A stretch of 63,554 nt of DNA, filler included, from Saprolegnia diclina VS20 (lineage: Eukaryota), in NCBI RefSeq assembly GCF_000281045.1. It is 10 parts of 3 records of this genome, joined end to end, with 100 filler letters (N's around TTAATTAATTAA, not from the genome) between each part and the next. Parts side by side here need not be neighbours in the genome. Positions count along the whole stretch, not along the records: positions 1 to 24,658 come from NW_008246069.1; 9 more parts are not named here. One strand, 5' to 3'. Below the pieces are notes generated by a model. The model did not search any database. It was not told where the DNA came from and was given only the letters and a program-made list of their open reading frames with translations. The position numbers and the translations under genes are program-made. Below are positions 11,706-23,357 of the stretch, piece after piece (the stretch's first letter is position 1; each line of letters opens with the position of its first letter).

Positions 11706-12898
11706 ATGAACCGCAACGTGCGAGGAGACAATGTAGAGTTCACGGTCAAGGTAGACGCATGGCTCCATGGACCTGCATGAACATGCAGCGCTAGGCCGTG
11801 GAAGACCTGGTTCTCTCGGGCACCGAGCGCTCCGTGGTCCGCGTTCCGGCCAACAACATGTACTCGTGCTTGATGCAGAAGACGCAGCGCTTCTCGTCGC
11901 TCTTCCGCCACTACAGCAAGCACCATGGCCTGCCCCGCGAGTCGCTGGACTTTTGCTTCATGGTAGCCTTCCTGACCTGGCGCATGGCCGACGCCTGCCT
12001 GTTTAGAACCTCCTCAGTCTTGAAGATTCGCCCGAGTCGGTGCACCTGCAAAAGGTACAGACCGCGTTTATGCATGCCAGTATTGACGACGACGTGGCAT
12101 GCGCAGAACGACGTGATCCACGTGCGCCACCGCCGCCCGTTGGCCATTGTCCCACCACCTCGCCTCTCGGACGAAGAGTACTTTACGTCGATGCGTCGCC
12201 TCCTCGAGGTAAACGTCCGCTGCCTATATGCATGGGCTTTATCGTGGCGCGTGCAGAGTGGCGACAATAGCGACGTGGTGTTGCGGGTTGGCGCGGATGC
12301 CAAGGAGCTTCGCGGCCACAAGCTCATTTTGACGACGCGCTGCGAAGTCTTTAACGCGATGCTTAGATCAGACTCGATGCGAGAGAGCGAGAACGGCGTC
12401 GTTGTTTTGCGAGACGACTGCCCGGACATGGTCCGCCGGCTCCTCGAATTCATCTACACGAACCGGATCGCCGATCTCGCCATGCTCACGGCGACGGTAC
12501 GACTCCATAAGATCCTGGCTTGTCGCCTCACAAACTGCAACATGTAGCAACTCATTGAGCTCCTCGCGCTCGCCGAACAGTACCTCTTGCGCACGATGAA
12601 GGAGCTCTGCGAAGCCGCGGCCGTCGAACTCATCTCGAACGACCACTGCGCCAAGCTCCTCAGCGCCGCCGAGCGCTACAACGCGCAGTTCCTCAAGGAC
12701 TCGTGCGTCAAGCACATTGTGGAAAACATGCAAGACATTGTCGACGAAGACGCCTTTTGCCACGAGATCCAGCAGTGCCCATCGCTCGCGATCATCATCA
12801 TGAAGGCCCACAGCGCCCACAGCACGTCGTTCTCGCCCGAGCCCGCGGCCAAGCGACGACGCTTCAACATGCCCAACGAAGAGTCCGACTACGAGTGA
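11706..12898 (+). CDS. BTB/POZ protein with N-terminal SUMO/Rad60-like domain (multi-exon)
   Basis: N-term KTQRFSSLFRHYSKHHGL..SLDFCF..EDSPESVHLQKNDVIHV resembles a SUMO fold. BTB: SDVVLRVG..LRGHKLILTTRCEVFNAML..MRES..LLEFIYT. BACK-like helices; C-terminal NLS-like PAAKRRR. Confidence 0.78.
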
Positions 12899-13244
12899 AG
12901 CGCGTGTGTTTGTATTTAATGGCATCGAACGAGCGTACATACGACTGACTAATCTTGTGGGAGCCCATACCGCGGAGACTCGAGCAGTAGCCTGCACCCA
13001 TCGATCGAATCTCTGCCGCCTGTCCCGGCGCGTGGGACAGAACCGAGCGTCCACGCCGCCGTCTGAGTCTCTGCGCGTTCTCAGGTGCTCCTGCGACAAC
13101 ATTGACCATCTTGGGACGAGACTTGTAGTACTAGTAGGAGACTAGCGACTAAAGAGTTGAAGGAAGTGCAGCGAAATTAAGTTAACAGTAAGCGAAAAGA
13201 GTGAAGAGGGCGAGGCAACGACGACACGACGGAGAGGGCGGGGT

Positions 13245-14063
13245 TTAGTCGTCGAGGAAGAACTCGAGCATCGCAAGGTCGTGGCCGCGCACGGGCCCGT
13301 TGTTGGTCGGCGTGAGGCTCGGCAGCGGCGCGCGCGGGCTCCAATCGGGTGCGAAGAAGCTCGTGTGCGAGAGGAGACTGGTAAACTCGTTCGAGTACTG
13401 CGTCGTGGTCGGCGCCGACGAGGTGCCCGAGCTGGTTGAGCTGGTGGCGATGCCATCTTTTGTCCGCCACGCGCTCACGCGCGGCAGCGTGAGTGCCGAG
13501 AGGTGTGGCAGCGCGCCGTCGTGGTGCAGGCTGTGGTGGTGGTGCGAATGATGATGGTGGTGGTGGTGCGAATGGTCCCACGCGCTGAGCTTCTTGACCG
13601 GGTACGCCTCCATGGACGTGGTGACGTCAAGCGCGCTGCGCTTGAACTTGCGCCGGAGCGCGTTCTCGTCGCTCGAGTAGTCGTCCTGGGACGACGACGA
13701 CGCCGACGACGACGACTTGATCTTGGCCTCGAGGCGGCGCGACATGCGCATCGCGCTCTGCTTGCGGTCGCTGCGTTTCTTGATCTCGTTTTGCTTGCGC
13801 CGGTGGAGCTCGCAGAGCATGAGGAGCTTGCCGTTCTTCTTGGTCGTGCGCATGTTGGTGCACGTGCCCGTCTTGTACTGGCACTTCATCTCGGGCGACG
13901 CGGCTTGCGGCGGCGGCGACATCTTGGTGAGGAGCGACGTCAAGTCGGCCCGCGGGTACGTGCGGGGCACATCGTCCTCTGACGTCATCGACGCCGTCGG
14001 GCTGCTGCATGCAGTGCCAATGAGGTGCCGGAAGGACGTGGCCGCAGTCGGGAGGTTGAACAT
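13245..14063 (-). CDS. Hypothetical nuclear protein with Cys3His motif, basic helix and poly-His tract
   Basis: CQYKTGTCTNMRTTKKNGKLLMLCELHRRKQNEIKKRSDRK motif, Ser-rich and His-rich regions; strong GC3 coding bias. Start taken at first ATG (MFNLP). Confidence 0.7.
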   Translation of the reverse strand: MFNLPTAATSFRHLIGTACSSPTASMTSEDDVPRTYPRADLTSLLTKMSPPPQAASPEMKCQYKTGTCTNMRTTKKNGKLLMLCELHRRKQNEIKKRSDRKQSAMRMSRRLEAKIKSSSSASSSSQDDYSSDENALRRKFKRSALDVTTSMEAYPVKKLSAWDHSHHHHHHHSHHHHSLHHDGALPHLSALTLPRVSAWRTKDGIATSSTSSGTSSAPTTTQYSNEFTSLLSHTSFFAPDWSPRAPLPSLTPTNNGPVRGHDLAMLEFFLDD

Positions 14064-15223
14064 GATGGTGCTGTGGTACTTGTCCAGGACGGCGCAGGTT
14101 GGGATCTGAGGTGTAAGAGATGCATCGCGCGACGGGTCCGTTTCGGTAGAGTTCAGATCTTTCCATTTCCCGATCGCGCTTGGGGCCGGCAAATAAGGCT
14201 CCCAGAAATAGTAGCCTCTCCGCCCAGATTGCACTTGCCGTTTGTATGCAAACTGAGAATCTGGCGCCAGTGGCTGTATATCCTACCGCTTGACTAGACG
14301 TTGGACCATGCACCGTGCCCGTACGTACATCATTGATGTATCCATCCGTGCATAAATACATCTGAGAGCTTGGGCTGTGTATGTGGCATGTGGCCAGACG
14401 AGGTTGATTCGATCGTCGCCGGCCTTGTTTCGACTTTTGCCGTGGAAGGTCGTCGCCACCGTTATCACGGCGTTGCTCACGACGTGTGCCACACTACATT
14501 GGCAAGGAGGTTTCCTTGCCGCTGGTTCGGCGAGATGGGAACAGTGGCATCTTGCCAGCACTGCACCTACGCTTCTGCACAACGACATTCTGAAGTACGT
14601 CACCGCGCTCACCATCGTGCGAGTGCGCTTCCGAGCGAGAGGGCACGGCGCCACTTGCACTGGGTTTCCTGTCGCAGATACCTCGCTCAGTAGCCCTTTG
14701 TCGTCGTCGTCTCGGTGACAGAGTCCTCCGCCTCGGTTTAGATAAATATCTTTCGATAGCCAGCGTCGAGGAAGCCACGTCGAATTGAGAAAAAAGAAGA
14801 CGTGGCGATCTCGCCACCACCCACCATCACTTGCGTCCACGCACGGTTGCGGTGCCAGCGCAAGGTAGAAACGGCATTTTCTTCCGCGCTCCCGACCCGA
14901 AAAGGTTGTCACTCGATGGGAGGATGCCGTCATCATCCTGCGGTATGCGTCTTGCACCACGGTGCAGTGGCCAGTGGCGGCACCAAGTGATTTCGCGTCG
15001 ACGACCTTTGGCGCCGCGTCGCAAATTGCAGAGATATCCGACAAACTCAGATTCGTTGCGCCACGGAGGAAACGGCTCTTTCGCTCCCCTAGACCCTAGT
15101 CACGGCGCAACGGGTGGTGCAGAACGTTCCATGCGACCAAGCGATGCACACTGTAAACAGAGCGCGCATGTTCGAACCTCACATGTTCGTATACTTATAT
15201 ATCAACGACTCGACACTAGACAT

Positions 15224-16930
15224 CTACTCTGGGGACGACACGCAGCCGTTGCCGCCTGCAATCCGGAGGCAGTACGTTGACGAGAAGAACGAGAGCGCGT
15301 TCGTCACGAGGGCGTAAATGAGCACGAGGATGAAGCCAATGATGGTGGCGGCACCGCCAATCTTACTCGACTCCCCGCGACGCTTGAGCAGCTGCACATG
15401 GCCTTTTTGGCGGGGGAGGAGCACGAGGAAGACTAGCGCAGCGAGCTTGACCGTGTACGAAATCAAAAAACAGTACGTCGCCTGCCAGCGCACGGTCGCG
15501 TCGTCGCGCCGAAGGTCGTCCCGCGACACGTCAAAGAACGAGTCGACCGTCTTGTACAGGACAGGGCCAAAGAGGTACCCGAGGTTTGAGACGGACGACG
15601 TGAGCGAGTAGATGAGCCCTTCGTTACCAACGTCGGCAATCTCGACACTGGCGTAGGCGGAGAAGAGGAAAGGAACGTTCATCGGCTGGTCCATGAGCAT
15701 CGTGCCCGTGAGGAACGCATACTGGTTGCGGTTGACGCCCCAAACACACGTGAGCTGGACCAGCGCGCGCATTGCGACCCAGAGAATGCTCGACCAGACA
15801 ATCGACGAGCGCCAATCCCAGTGCAGCGCGTACTTGCCGAGGGCCCACATCGTCACAGGACCAAAGAGACCGCCGACGAGCGAGAAGAGTTGCATGTTGA
15901 GCGACTCGGCTTGGACCCAGTCGGACGTCATCGGGCTGCTCACGGTCTCGTCAAAGAACGAGAAGACGTTGCTGAAAAAGTTGTAGGCGCAGAATTGGTA
16001 CATGACGCGGAGCTGCACGAGCTGCCAAAAGCCTCGAAAGTAGTGGCGCAGCGAGACGCGCTCGACGCGGATTTCGACCATCCACCAGATCGAGGCGGCG
16101 AGGCCAAGGAGCGACGGCACGACCAGAATCCCATAGACGACCGACGGCGTGATCGACCAGTCAAACGACCCGCCGTACTGGTAGCTGTTCATGCAAAAGC
16201 CCACGAGCAGCGCCGGAATTTGCCGGAACGAGTCGCGGACCACATAGCACGTCGTCTGAATGCGGCCACGCTGCGCGATGGGTTCGGACGAGACCGCGAC
16301 CATGACCGAGCCCACGGTCGCCAGCGTCGAGAGCAAAATGAAGAGACCGCCGCTGTTGGGCGCGCTCGCGTTGATGTAGTTGGCCTTGTCGTGCGCCGAG
16401 ATGTTGGCGAGCGGAAGGCCATCGAGGTCTTTGCGGCCATAGTATGGTGCCGGAAACGACGTGGCCGCCATGAGCCCGCAGCTCGCGGCGCAGAGGACCC
16501 ACCCGATCATCATGTACGACCGACGCTGGTAGCCATTGATGGGAAAGCAGTCGGAGATGATGCCCATAAAGATCTTGAGACTCCATGGCAGACTCATGAG
16601 CGCCGAGTAGGACGCCACTTGGTACCCTTGCATCTGCAGGTAGACGTTGTAGAGCGGGTACGCCAAGGCTGGGAGCGTCCCGAGGATGAGGCCGATGCCG
16701 GCGTACTGCGTAAAGAGCCCGAGGGCCTCGGAACTGAGAAGGTGGATGGCACCACCTTCGCGGAGCGCACCGTCGCCCGTCTTGTCGAGCATGCTCTCGT
16801 CGTAGTGCGTCGAGCTGTCGTGGAAGACGGTGTAGTCATCGAGCTGCTTCTCGTCAAAGAGCCAGACCTTACTGGTCGTCTCGGACGCCTTGCTTGCCGT
16901 GCTGCTGTTGGCGCTATGGGCCATGCTCAT
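15224..16930 (-). CDS. Folate-biopterin transporter (FBT/BT1 family, MFS)
   Basis: 568-aa multi-TM ORF with LPWSLKIFMGIISDCFPINGYQRRSYMMIGW, EPIAQRGRIQT, EIADVGNEGLIYSLTSSVSNL. Confidence 0.88.
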   Translation of the reverse strand: MSMAHSANSSTASKASETTSKVWLFDEKQLDDYTVFHDSSTHYDESMLDKTGDGALREGGAIHLLSSEALGLFTQYAGIGLILGTLPALAYPLYNVYLQMQGYQVASYSALMSLPWSLKIFMGIISDCFPINGYQRRSYMMIGWVLCAASCGLMAATSFPAPYYGRKDLDGLPLANISAHDKANYINASAPNSGGLFILLSTLATVGSVMVAVSSEPIAQRGRIQTTCYVVRDSFRQIPALLVGFCMNSYQYGGSFDWSITPSVVYGILVVPSLLGLAASIWWMVEIRVERVSLRHYFRGFWQLVQLRVMYQFCAYNFFSNVFSFFDETVSSPMTSDWVQAESLNMQLFSLVGGLFGPVTMWALGKYALHWDWRSSIVWSSILWVAMRALVQLTCVWGVNRNQYAFLTGTMLMDQPMNVPFLFSAYASVEIADVGNEGLIYSLTSSVSNLGYLFGPVLYKTVDSFFDVSRDDLRRDDATVRWQATYCFLISYTVKLAALVFLVLLPRQKGHVQLLKRRGESSKIGGAATIIGFILVLIYALVTNALSFFSSTYCLRIAGGNGCVSSPE

Positions 16931-19733
16931 GCGGGGTACGGCGCAAAATCACAACTGCCGCCCGAGAAAAGGACGCAGCGTTGTACGTAAGAACGACGCC
17001 AGCTGGTTGGTGGCAACATTGGGTAAAGCCACCGTGGGTGGCCGCTCGCCTCGGAAGCAAATCTGGTGCGAGACTGCAAAAGAACATCCTGGATGCCTGG
17101 GTGTTGCGTCCACCTCCGTCACGAGAGGACGTATCATCATCGTCGCGGCGTCGAGTCCGTGGATGCGCAGTTACTACATCGAATTACCATCGGTTCAAAC
17201 CTCGGCGACGCTGAAAACGAACGCCACGCGCGCGGGTGGTTGCGAATTCGCTTAACAAGTGCGCCCACCCGCTTCTACGCCAAGACGACCAACGCGGACA
17301 GACTGGATAGAAAGGACCCGCGATGACTAACCCAGCATGCGGGACTGTACTTGCATGAGCGAATTTGAGCAAACGGCAAAGTGGCGCGTTTTGCCTCGGA
17401 CCTCGCTGCGCATATGGGAAAAGCCCCTTCTTTTGACTGTCCCGTGCCAATCTGCAGTGTACTGCACGGTAGCACAGAAGATGCACGTGCCACGTATGAC
17501 TCGACGGCGGCGACGAGTAGCCACAAACAATTCTACAAACCTTGAAGCGGACGCGACATCAGGACAGGCGACACCGTCCCATCGCCCAGTGTACCTGCAA
17601 CGAACGTCGTCCTCCCACCGCTGCTCCTTCTGCGCTAGTGGCGCCTTGCGTGGCTTTGTGCCCAAGTGATGGAGGCAGCTGGACAGACATGCGCTTCTAC
17701 AGCTGCCGCAACAAGAGCCACAGATTCACCCGAGCTCTTATTTCGCGGACGCCACGTGAGCAGGACGCAAGTCTCGAGTGTCTATGCAGATTGTAACTAT
17801 GCTATGACGATGGCTCGATGGATAGCACGGATGCTTGGCAGGCGTGTAGCGGTCGCGCGTGGACGTAGCGTTGCACCCATTTCCTATCACATGCATGTTA
17901 GTCTTCCCGCCAAGATGCACGCAACATTGTATTGCCAGGGTCCAGACAATGGTCAAGTGGCGGCCACCAATCACTAGGATAGAACCGCTCCCGCCCGCTA
18001 GCTGCACTGTGCGTAATGCAGCGGATGTCATGTTGTTTCTTTCGTGCATACACGTGCAAGCCCATCCTCAAATCTTTTCCGCTAAGGACGTCGATATGTA
18101 GTCATCGTTGGTGGAGTAGAGGCTCCGAGCGTCGTAGGGGCCAACGCTATTCGCACCAGTGCTCTGAAAAGATCAACGCCGAACAGGATTCGTCGAGAAC
18201 AACATATCGCGGCCGTCGTAGCGACGCGACGGCACAGAAAGGACATCGCTCTTTGCACCATCTCGTGGCAGCACCTTATATGTACTACGTCGTTTGGGCG
18301 CACTGTCATCGTCGTCGTCGTTGTTTGCACGCACTGTTGGCACTCGAGACGCCTGAGGACGAGCCATCATTCCACTGAAAACATGTGGTACACTGCCAGC
18401 CGTCCATTTTTCCGACCACGTGCTGGCTCCAGTGGCACAAAAAAGAAATCCAAAATGGACTTGAATGTTTGGTTCACAGAGTCTACCGAACCTACGCAAC
18501 CGCACAGAACAAGAAAAGTACAATTCGCGAGCTGCTGATTCTGGTTCGGTGGCGTGGCCGCCAAGGAATTGTTGCGGGTTTGACCTCTTTGTCTTCCTCG
18601 CGACACACAAGAGCAGCTACGAGAGCGTACTTCATGAGCAAACTTGATTCTTGCAACTCCACGCATGGATCACTGGCAAGGACAACAAAGGTGGGTTTGC
18701 GCGATTACGGTGTACCTTGATTTCAGGACGCGTCAACAGTGATAGGCGCAGCGCACCGACCAGGTTTGTATGCATGCGTGCCGGCAAGCTACTCGAGCGA
18801 CGATTACGTGCGCAAGCAGTCAAGTCGTGTGGCGGGGTACTGTGTAAAGTAGCGCGCGCACAGCGCTGATAGCTCCCAGCGCGCCCATCGTTCTCCTCGA
18901 AAGGCCATCGCAGTGCAGTGTACTACCTCGAGCAAACGCACCGCCCGTGGTACACTGAGTAGCTCCTTGGGTTGCACCTTCTGGCTCGGAGAGGTGATCG
19001 TCGAATTTATTGCTTCCTTCTGACGCCAGATTGCTGGCCATCAAGGCGCCATCGGCAAGGGCAAACCACGGCAACACCCAACGCCTCGAGCGACTCATAG
19101 CAGCCTCGTCTTCCGAGAAGATTCGGGTGGCAGGATCGCTGTTCTATTCCAAACACTCACGCAGTGGTGCGGAGGTCGAAAATACTGTAGCGCCCGAAAA
19201 TGTCGAGCAACGAACGAACGATCAACCATAGCGTCGCAAGCTGTTGCTTTGCACAAAGTTCGATTGCAGTGTCGTGTTCGAAACGAGCTGGTTTGTTTCA
19301 AAAGTTCCAGCAGCCAACGTTCCTTGGCCATCAACCTGTTCGCCTTCACGAAGAAACGCGAGAAGACGACGAAGCCTTTTGCCGGGCACCAGCTCTGGGC
19401 ACCTGGTTCTACAATCTGGTTCAATATTGCTCACACAGCTCGCCGCGCCGTGGTGCCTTCGCTTGACGAGTCGCTCCATGCCCTACGCGCCGACCCTTGG
19501 TGTGCTCGCTACCTCATTCCCAACTCAAATTGAGCCTCGACCAAGCGCCCTCAGCTTGACGTACCGGCCAAACCTCACGAGCGCACTAGGAAGTCCACCA
19601 TCTTCACTATATAATTGCATGTTAATAACTCATTTCAACAAATATTGCTTACACAGCGATGCACTGCTCTGGTGGCAGTCCGGAACGTTCTCGCTGTCTT
19701 CCCCATCTGTACAAATCATCTCTCTTACGGCAC

Positions 19734-22700
19734 TTAGGTCACTTGGTGCGGCGTCACGGCACGTTGGAGCCGCTCGATCTGCTCGTCGACGCTCATGCCA
19801 TCGCATCGCCCCTCGGCGAGGATCGGGACGCGGTACACGCCAACCTCGCCCGTGCTGTCGCCGACGACAAGGACGGGCGACGACGGTGCAAACGAGATGC
19901 ACGTGCACTTCAAGCTCACGTCGTCCTTTGGAAAATGCGTCAAAATCGGGTCCAGAATCGACTGCTGGAGATCCCAAATCTCGATGCGGCCGTCTTCCGT
20001 GACGCTCCCAAAGATCGTCGCGTCGTTCGGGCACCACCCAATGCCATAGACGCCGTGGAAGAGGTCCGCCGATCGAAAGTTGAGCATCTCGTGGGACTCG
20101 CCGTGGTGCCACAGCTTGACGCTCCAATCGGCCGAGCACGAGAGGAAGACTTCGTTCCAGAACGGCGACATTTGGACCGCATAGACCGCGGCCGTGTGGC
20201 CAAAGTACGTCTCGAGGTACTGCTCGTTGTACGAGCACGAGCACTTGTGGATGTTGCCGTCTTCGGTACCCACAAAGTAGACGGAGCTGTCGTGCTCGGC
20301 AAACGCAATGCAGTTGCCACTCGCTTGGCGCGCAATAACACCGTCGATGCGCGCCTCGCTGCCCAAGAGCGGGTTGGGTACGCGCTTGAGCGTCATGAGG
20401 TCCGAGAAGCTCAAGCCCTTCTTCATGCTCCACTCGGTCACGCGCCCGTCGCTCGATATCGACACAATGTTTTCGCCCCGCTCGCTGCCCTTGTGTACCC
20501 ACTTGACCTAGTCGTTTAGTCTAGAAAATGGACACCTTGTCCATAATGTGATGGATACCTGCCACACGGCATCGAGATGCGACCCGTTGTTGTTTTCGCT
20601 AGTGAGAACCGGGTCGGTCTCGTCCTTGCGCGTGTCGTAGAGTGCGACAACGCCGTCGTGGAAGCCGACTGCGAGCATATACGGCTGGCTGCGGCTAAAG
20701 TCGATCGACGTGGCGCCGCACGGCAGCACGTAAACACGTTCTGGGAACTCGGGGTTCTTGAGCGACCAAAAGAGCACAAGGCCGTCGGTGGTGTCCCCGG
20801 CTTCAAACTGCCCGTACGACACGGCGAGAAGGTCGTCGTTGACGGGGTTCCACGCCTAACGACTTGCGTCAGATACCGCGATAAGAGCAAAAGCACAGAC
20901 AAGACACGAAACGGTGCGGCCGTCGGTCAAGCTGCAGCGAAAGCCCCAGAGCTTTTCGAGCTCGGCCGGCTCGTACGGCGCGGCGTGGACGGCGCTTTTG
21001 GGAGGCGCGAGCCCGGGCGTCGACGGCGTTGTTTTGCGTGCGTCGATCGACAAGGTTGGGAAATTACGGTACAAGAGGTGTCGGTCGTGGTAGACGTTCT
21101 GCTGCACCGCGCGCTCGAGGACCTTGAGGAGCTTGTCGAGCGCCGAGGACGCGAGGACTTTGGTGGTTTTCTGGCTTGCAATGATCTCGCCAAGGTCGAC
21201 GTTGGTGTTGGCGGCCGAGTACGCATTCTCATGCTTGCCACCGTCGTGCGAGTTGCCGTCCGAGTTGGTGCTGCTCCGCGAAATCATATCGGCTTGGCTG
21301 CCGCTGTTGGAGATGTCGCCGCTGTTGTTGTTGATGTCGTTGGTCGAGAGCACCGCCGTTGACGTGCTCTGCCCCGGCCGACGCAGCACTTGCGAGTTGC
21401 TCGTCGACGACGCGCCACTCCCGGCCTTGGAGACGCGCGAAAAGTTGGCCTTTGAATCGTGCGCGCCTAGAGAGAAAGTGCAATTTCAACTAAAGACACT
21501 AGTGTGCACGGACCGCCGGCCGCGCCGTGGTGCCCCGGTGTACTCGGTTTCGGCTTGCCCAAGGTGCGTTGCCGGGCTTTGAGGTCCAAGATCACGTCGG
21601 CGCCGTCGACTGCGAGGAGACAGCCGGGCGAGGCCAAGCTCGCATTCACAATTTCATCCACTTGGCGCGCCAGCTGCGCGTCGACGTTGTCTGCGTCCTG
21701 CTGCGTCTTACTAGGGCGCGACGGGTCCGCGCCGTCGTCGTGCTCGTTGCCTTGCACTTCGTCGTTGGTTTGCGCGCTAACATATTGGCAAGTTAGCACA
21801 AATCTATCAAGGTGTCAAGTCGCACCAGTCGAAAATGTCCCAATCGGTCGCGTTGCACGACACGTCGCGGGTTGCGGGCGGCGCGGTCATGACCTCCTTT
21901 GTCTTTTGAGCGAGCTGCAGCGTCTGCGTCCGGTTCTCGATGTAGTTGTCGCTGCCTTTTTTTCCACTGCACATCTAGTTACCATATTGTCTGTTTCAAC
22001 TTGGACAATATGGACATTGTCCTAGTACCTCGAGGTATTTTTTGTTCTTGGTGACAATCACGCCGTGCACGGGCGTATCTTGGCCAACGCAGACACTGAG
22101 GAGCTCAAAGAGCATGATCGTTGGTGTCTCGGAGAAGAGGATCGTGACGGGCCCCGAGACAACCTTCTTGGGCGCTTCCTCCGACCGGTCTCTCCTAGAG
22201 AAAGAGATTGCTGCGTCTGTCGATACCGCTACGGCCACGCACCGCTCACTGCTTTGGCCGTTGGTGGGCACGGCCTCCATGGCATCGTCGAGGCCAGAGA
22301 CGAGGCCACCGTCGCCGTCGCCGTCGTCGGCCTCGAGCTTCTTGGCCACCACCGGGGGCTTGGCCGCCATTGTCGGTGGCGCGCTCGCGAGGATCGCATC
22401 CAGCGTCTTGGCCTGTTCGGGGGGCGCCGCTTCGGGCTCGCCCGACGCAACCACCGACGAACTCGATGAACTCGCGCTGTCGTCGGCCGCCTTCTTGGCC
22501 CGGCGCGTCGTCTTGTCGTTGGTCTTGATGCGCGTGAAGAGCAGCGACTGCGGCGTCACGTTGACGCCATCGAGGTATACTTGCGCAGCTTGCGATCCGC
22601 CGCCAGCTCCGCTCCCGCCCGCGACCTTGCGACTCGACTGCGAGAGCTGCGATGCGCCAATGACGCGCGACCGGGACGCGGCCTCGTTGGCGCGCAGCTT

Positions 22701-22769
22701 GGAGCCCGCGATCTTCTTGCTCGCACCAATGTTCTTGGTCGACGCCCGCGGGGCGCCCGTCGAGCTCAT
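19734..22769 (-). CDS. WDR78: Axonemal dynein intermediate chain, WDR78/DNAI4 (IC138)-like, WD40 (multi-exon)
   Basis: ATDWDIFD, LKVLERAVQQNVYH, LWGFRCSLTDGRTVSC, LVLFWSLKNPEFPER, SISSDGRVTEWSMKKGL, YFVGTEDGNIHKCSCSYNEQYLETY. Confidence 0.85.
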
Positions 22770-23357
22770 GGTCCCGCGCCTTTTCAAGATACCGAATAAC
22801 GGCTGCGAACACGCAACTTTATTTCCATATCATCACTCCACTCGCAATACAATTACCACAATACAATAATATATTGTAGATATACAATATATTGTCCGCT
22901 TGACCACACAGGCCGTAGTTCTAGGTCATAGGCATTTCGCCCACTGTGTAAGCACCTCAACCTTGCTGCTTGCGCTTCCGAGGCGCTTCGGACGCGTCGC
23001 TTCTACGCCGCCGTCGTCATCCTCGAACACGAGTCGTACGTAGAGCGTGAGGGCGACAAGGCGCCAGTGCTTGTGCTGCATCTGATTCACAGGCGGCTCC
23101 GCATCGGACCCGTAGACACGCGCACCGACGTCAGCAATGCACTACGCCAACCACAGAGTCTCGTCGAGCGTCGCCGCGACGTCGAGCGCGCCCGTTGGTC
23201 GATGCGGCGACCACCGAAGCCGCGTTCGTCGCCAACCGCAGCCAAGTTGCCCTTTTGATTACCAACCTTCTGCCATATGGTGGGTCGACAGCACGCGCCG
23301 TGAGCTGGCGCCGTGCTCCATGGTGTGAGCTCGGACATTCACTTTGCCTTTGCACGC

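Noticed and set aside
16931..19733. Genes in the 2.8-kb interval between FBT and WDR78
   Set aside because: Only short ORFs without codon bias or recognisable motifs; may hold decayed elements I cannot identify.
22862..22895. Small AT-rich palindromes (acaatatattgt) upstream of WDR78
   Set aside because: Too short and low-complexity to distinguish from chance.
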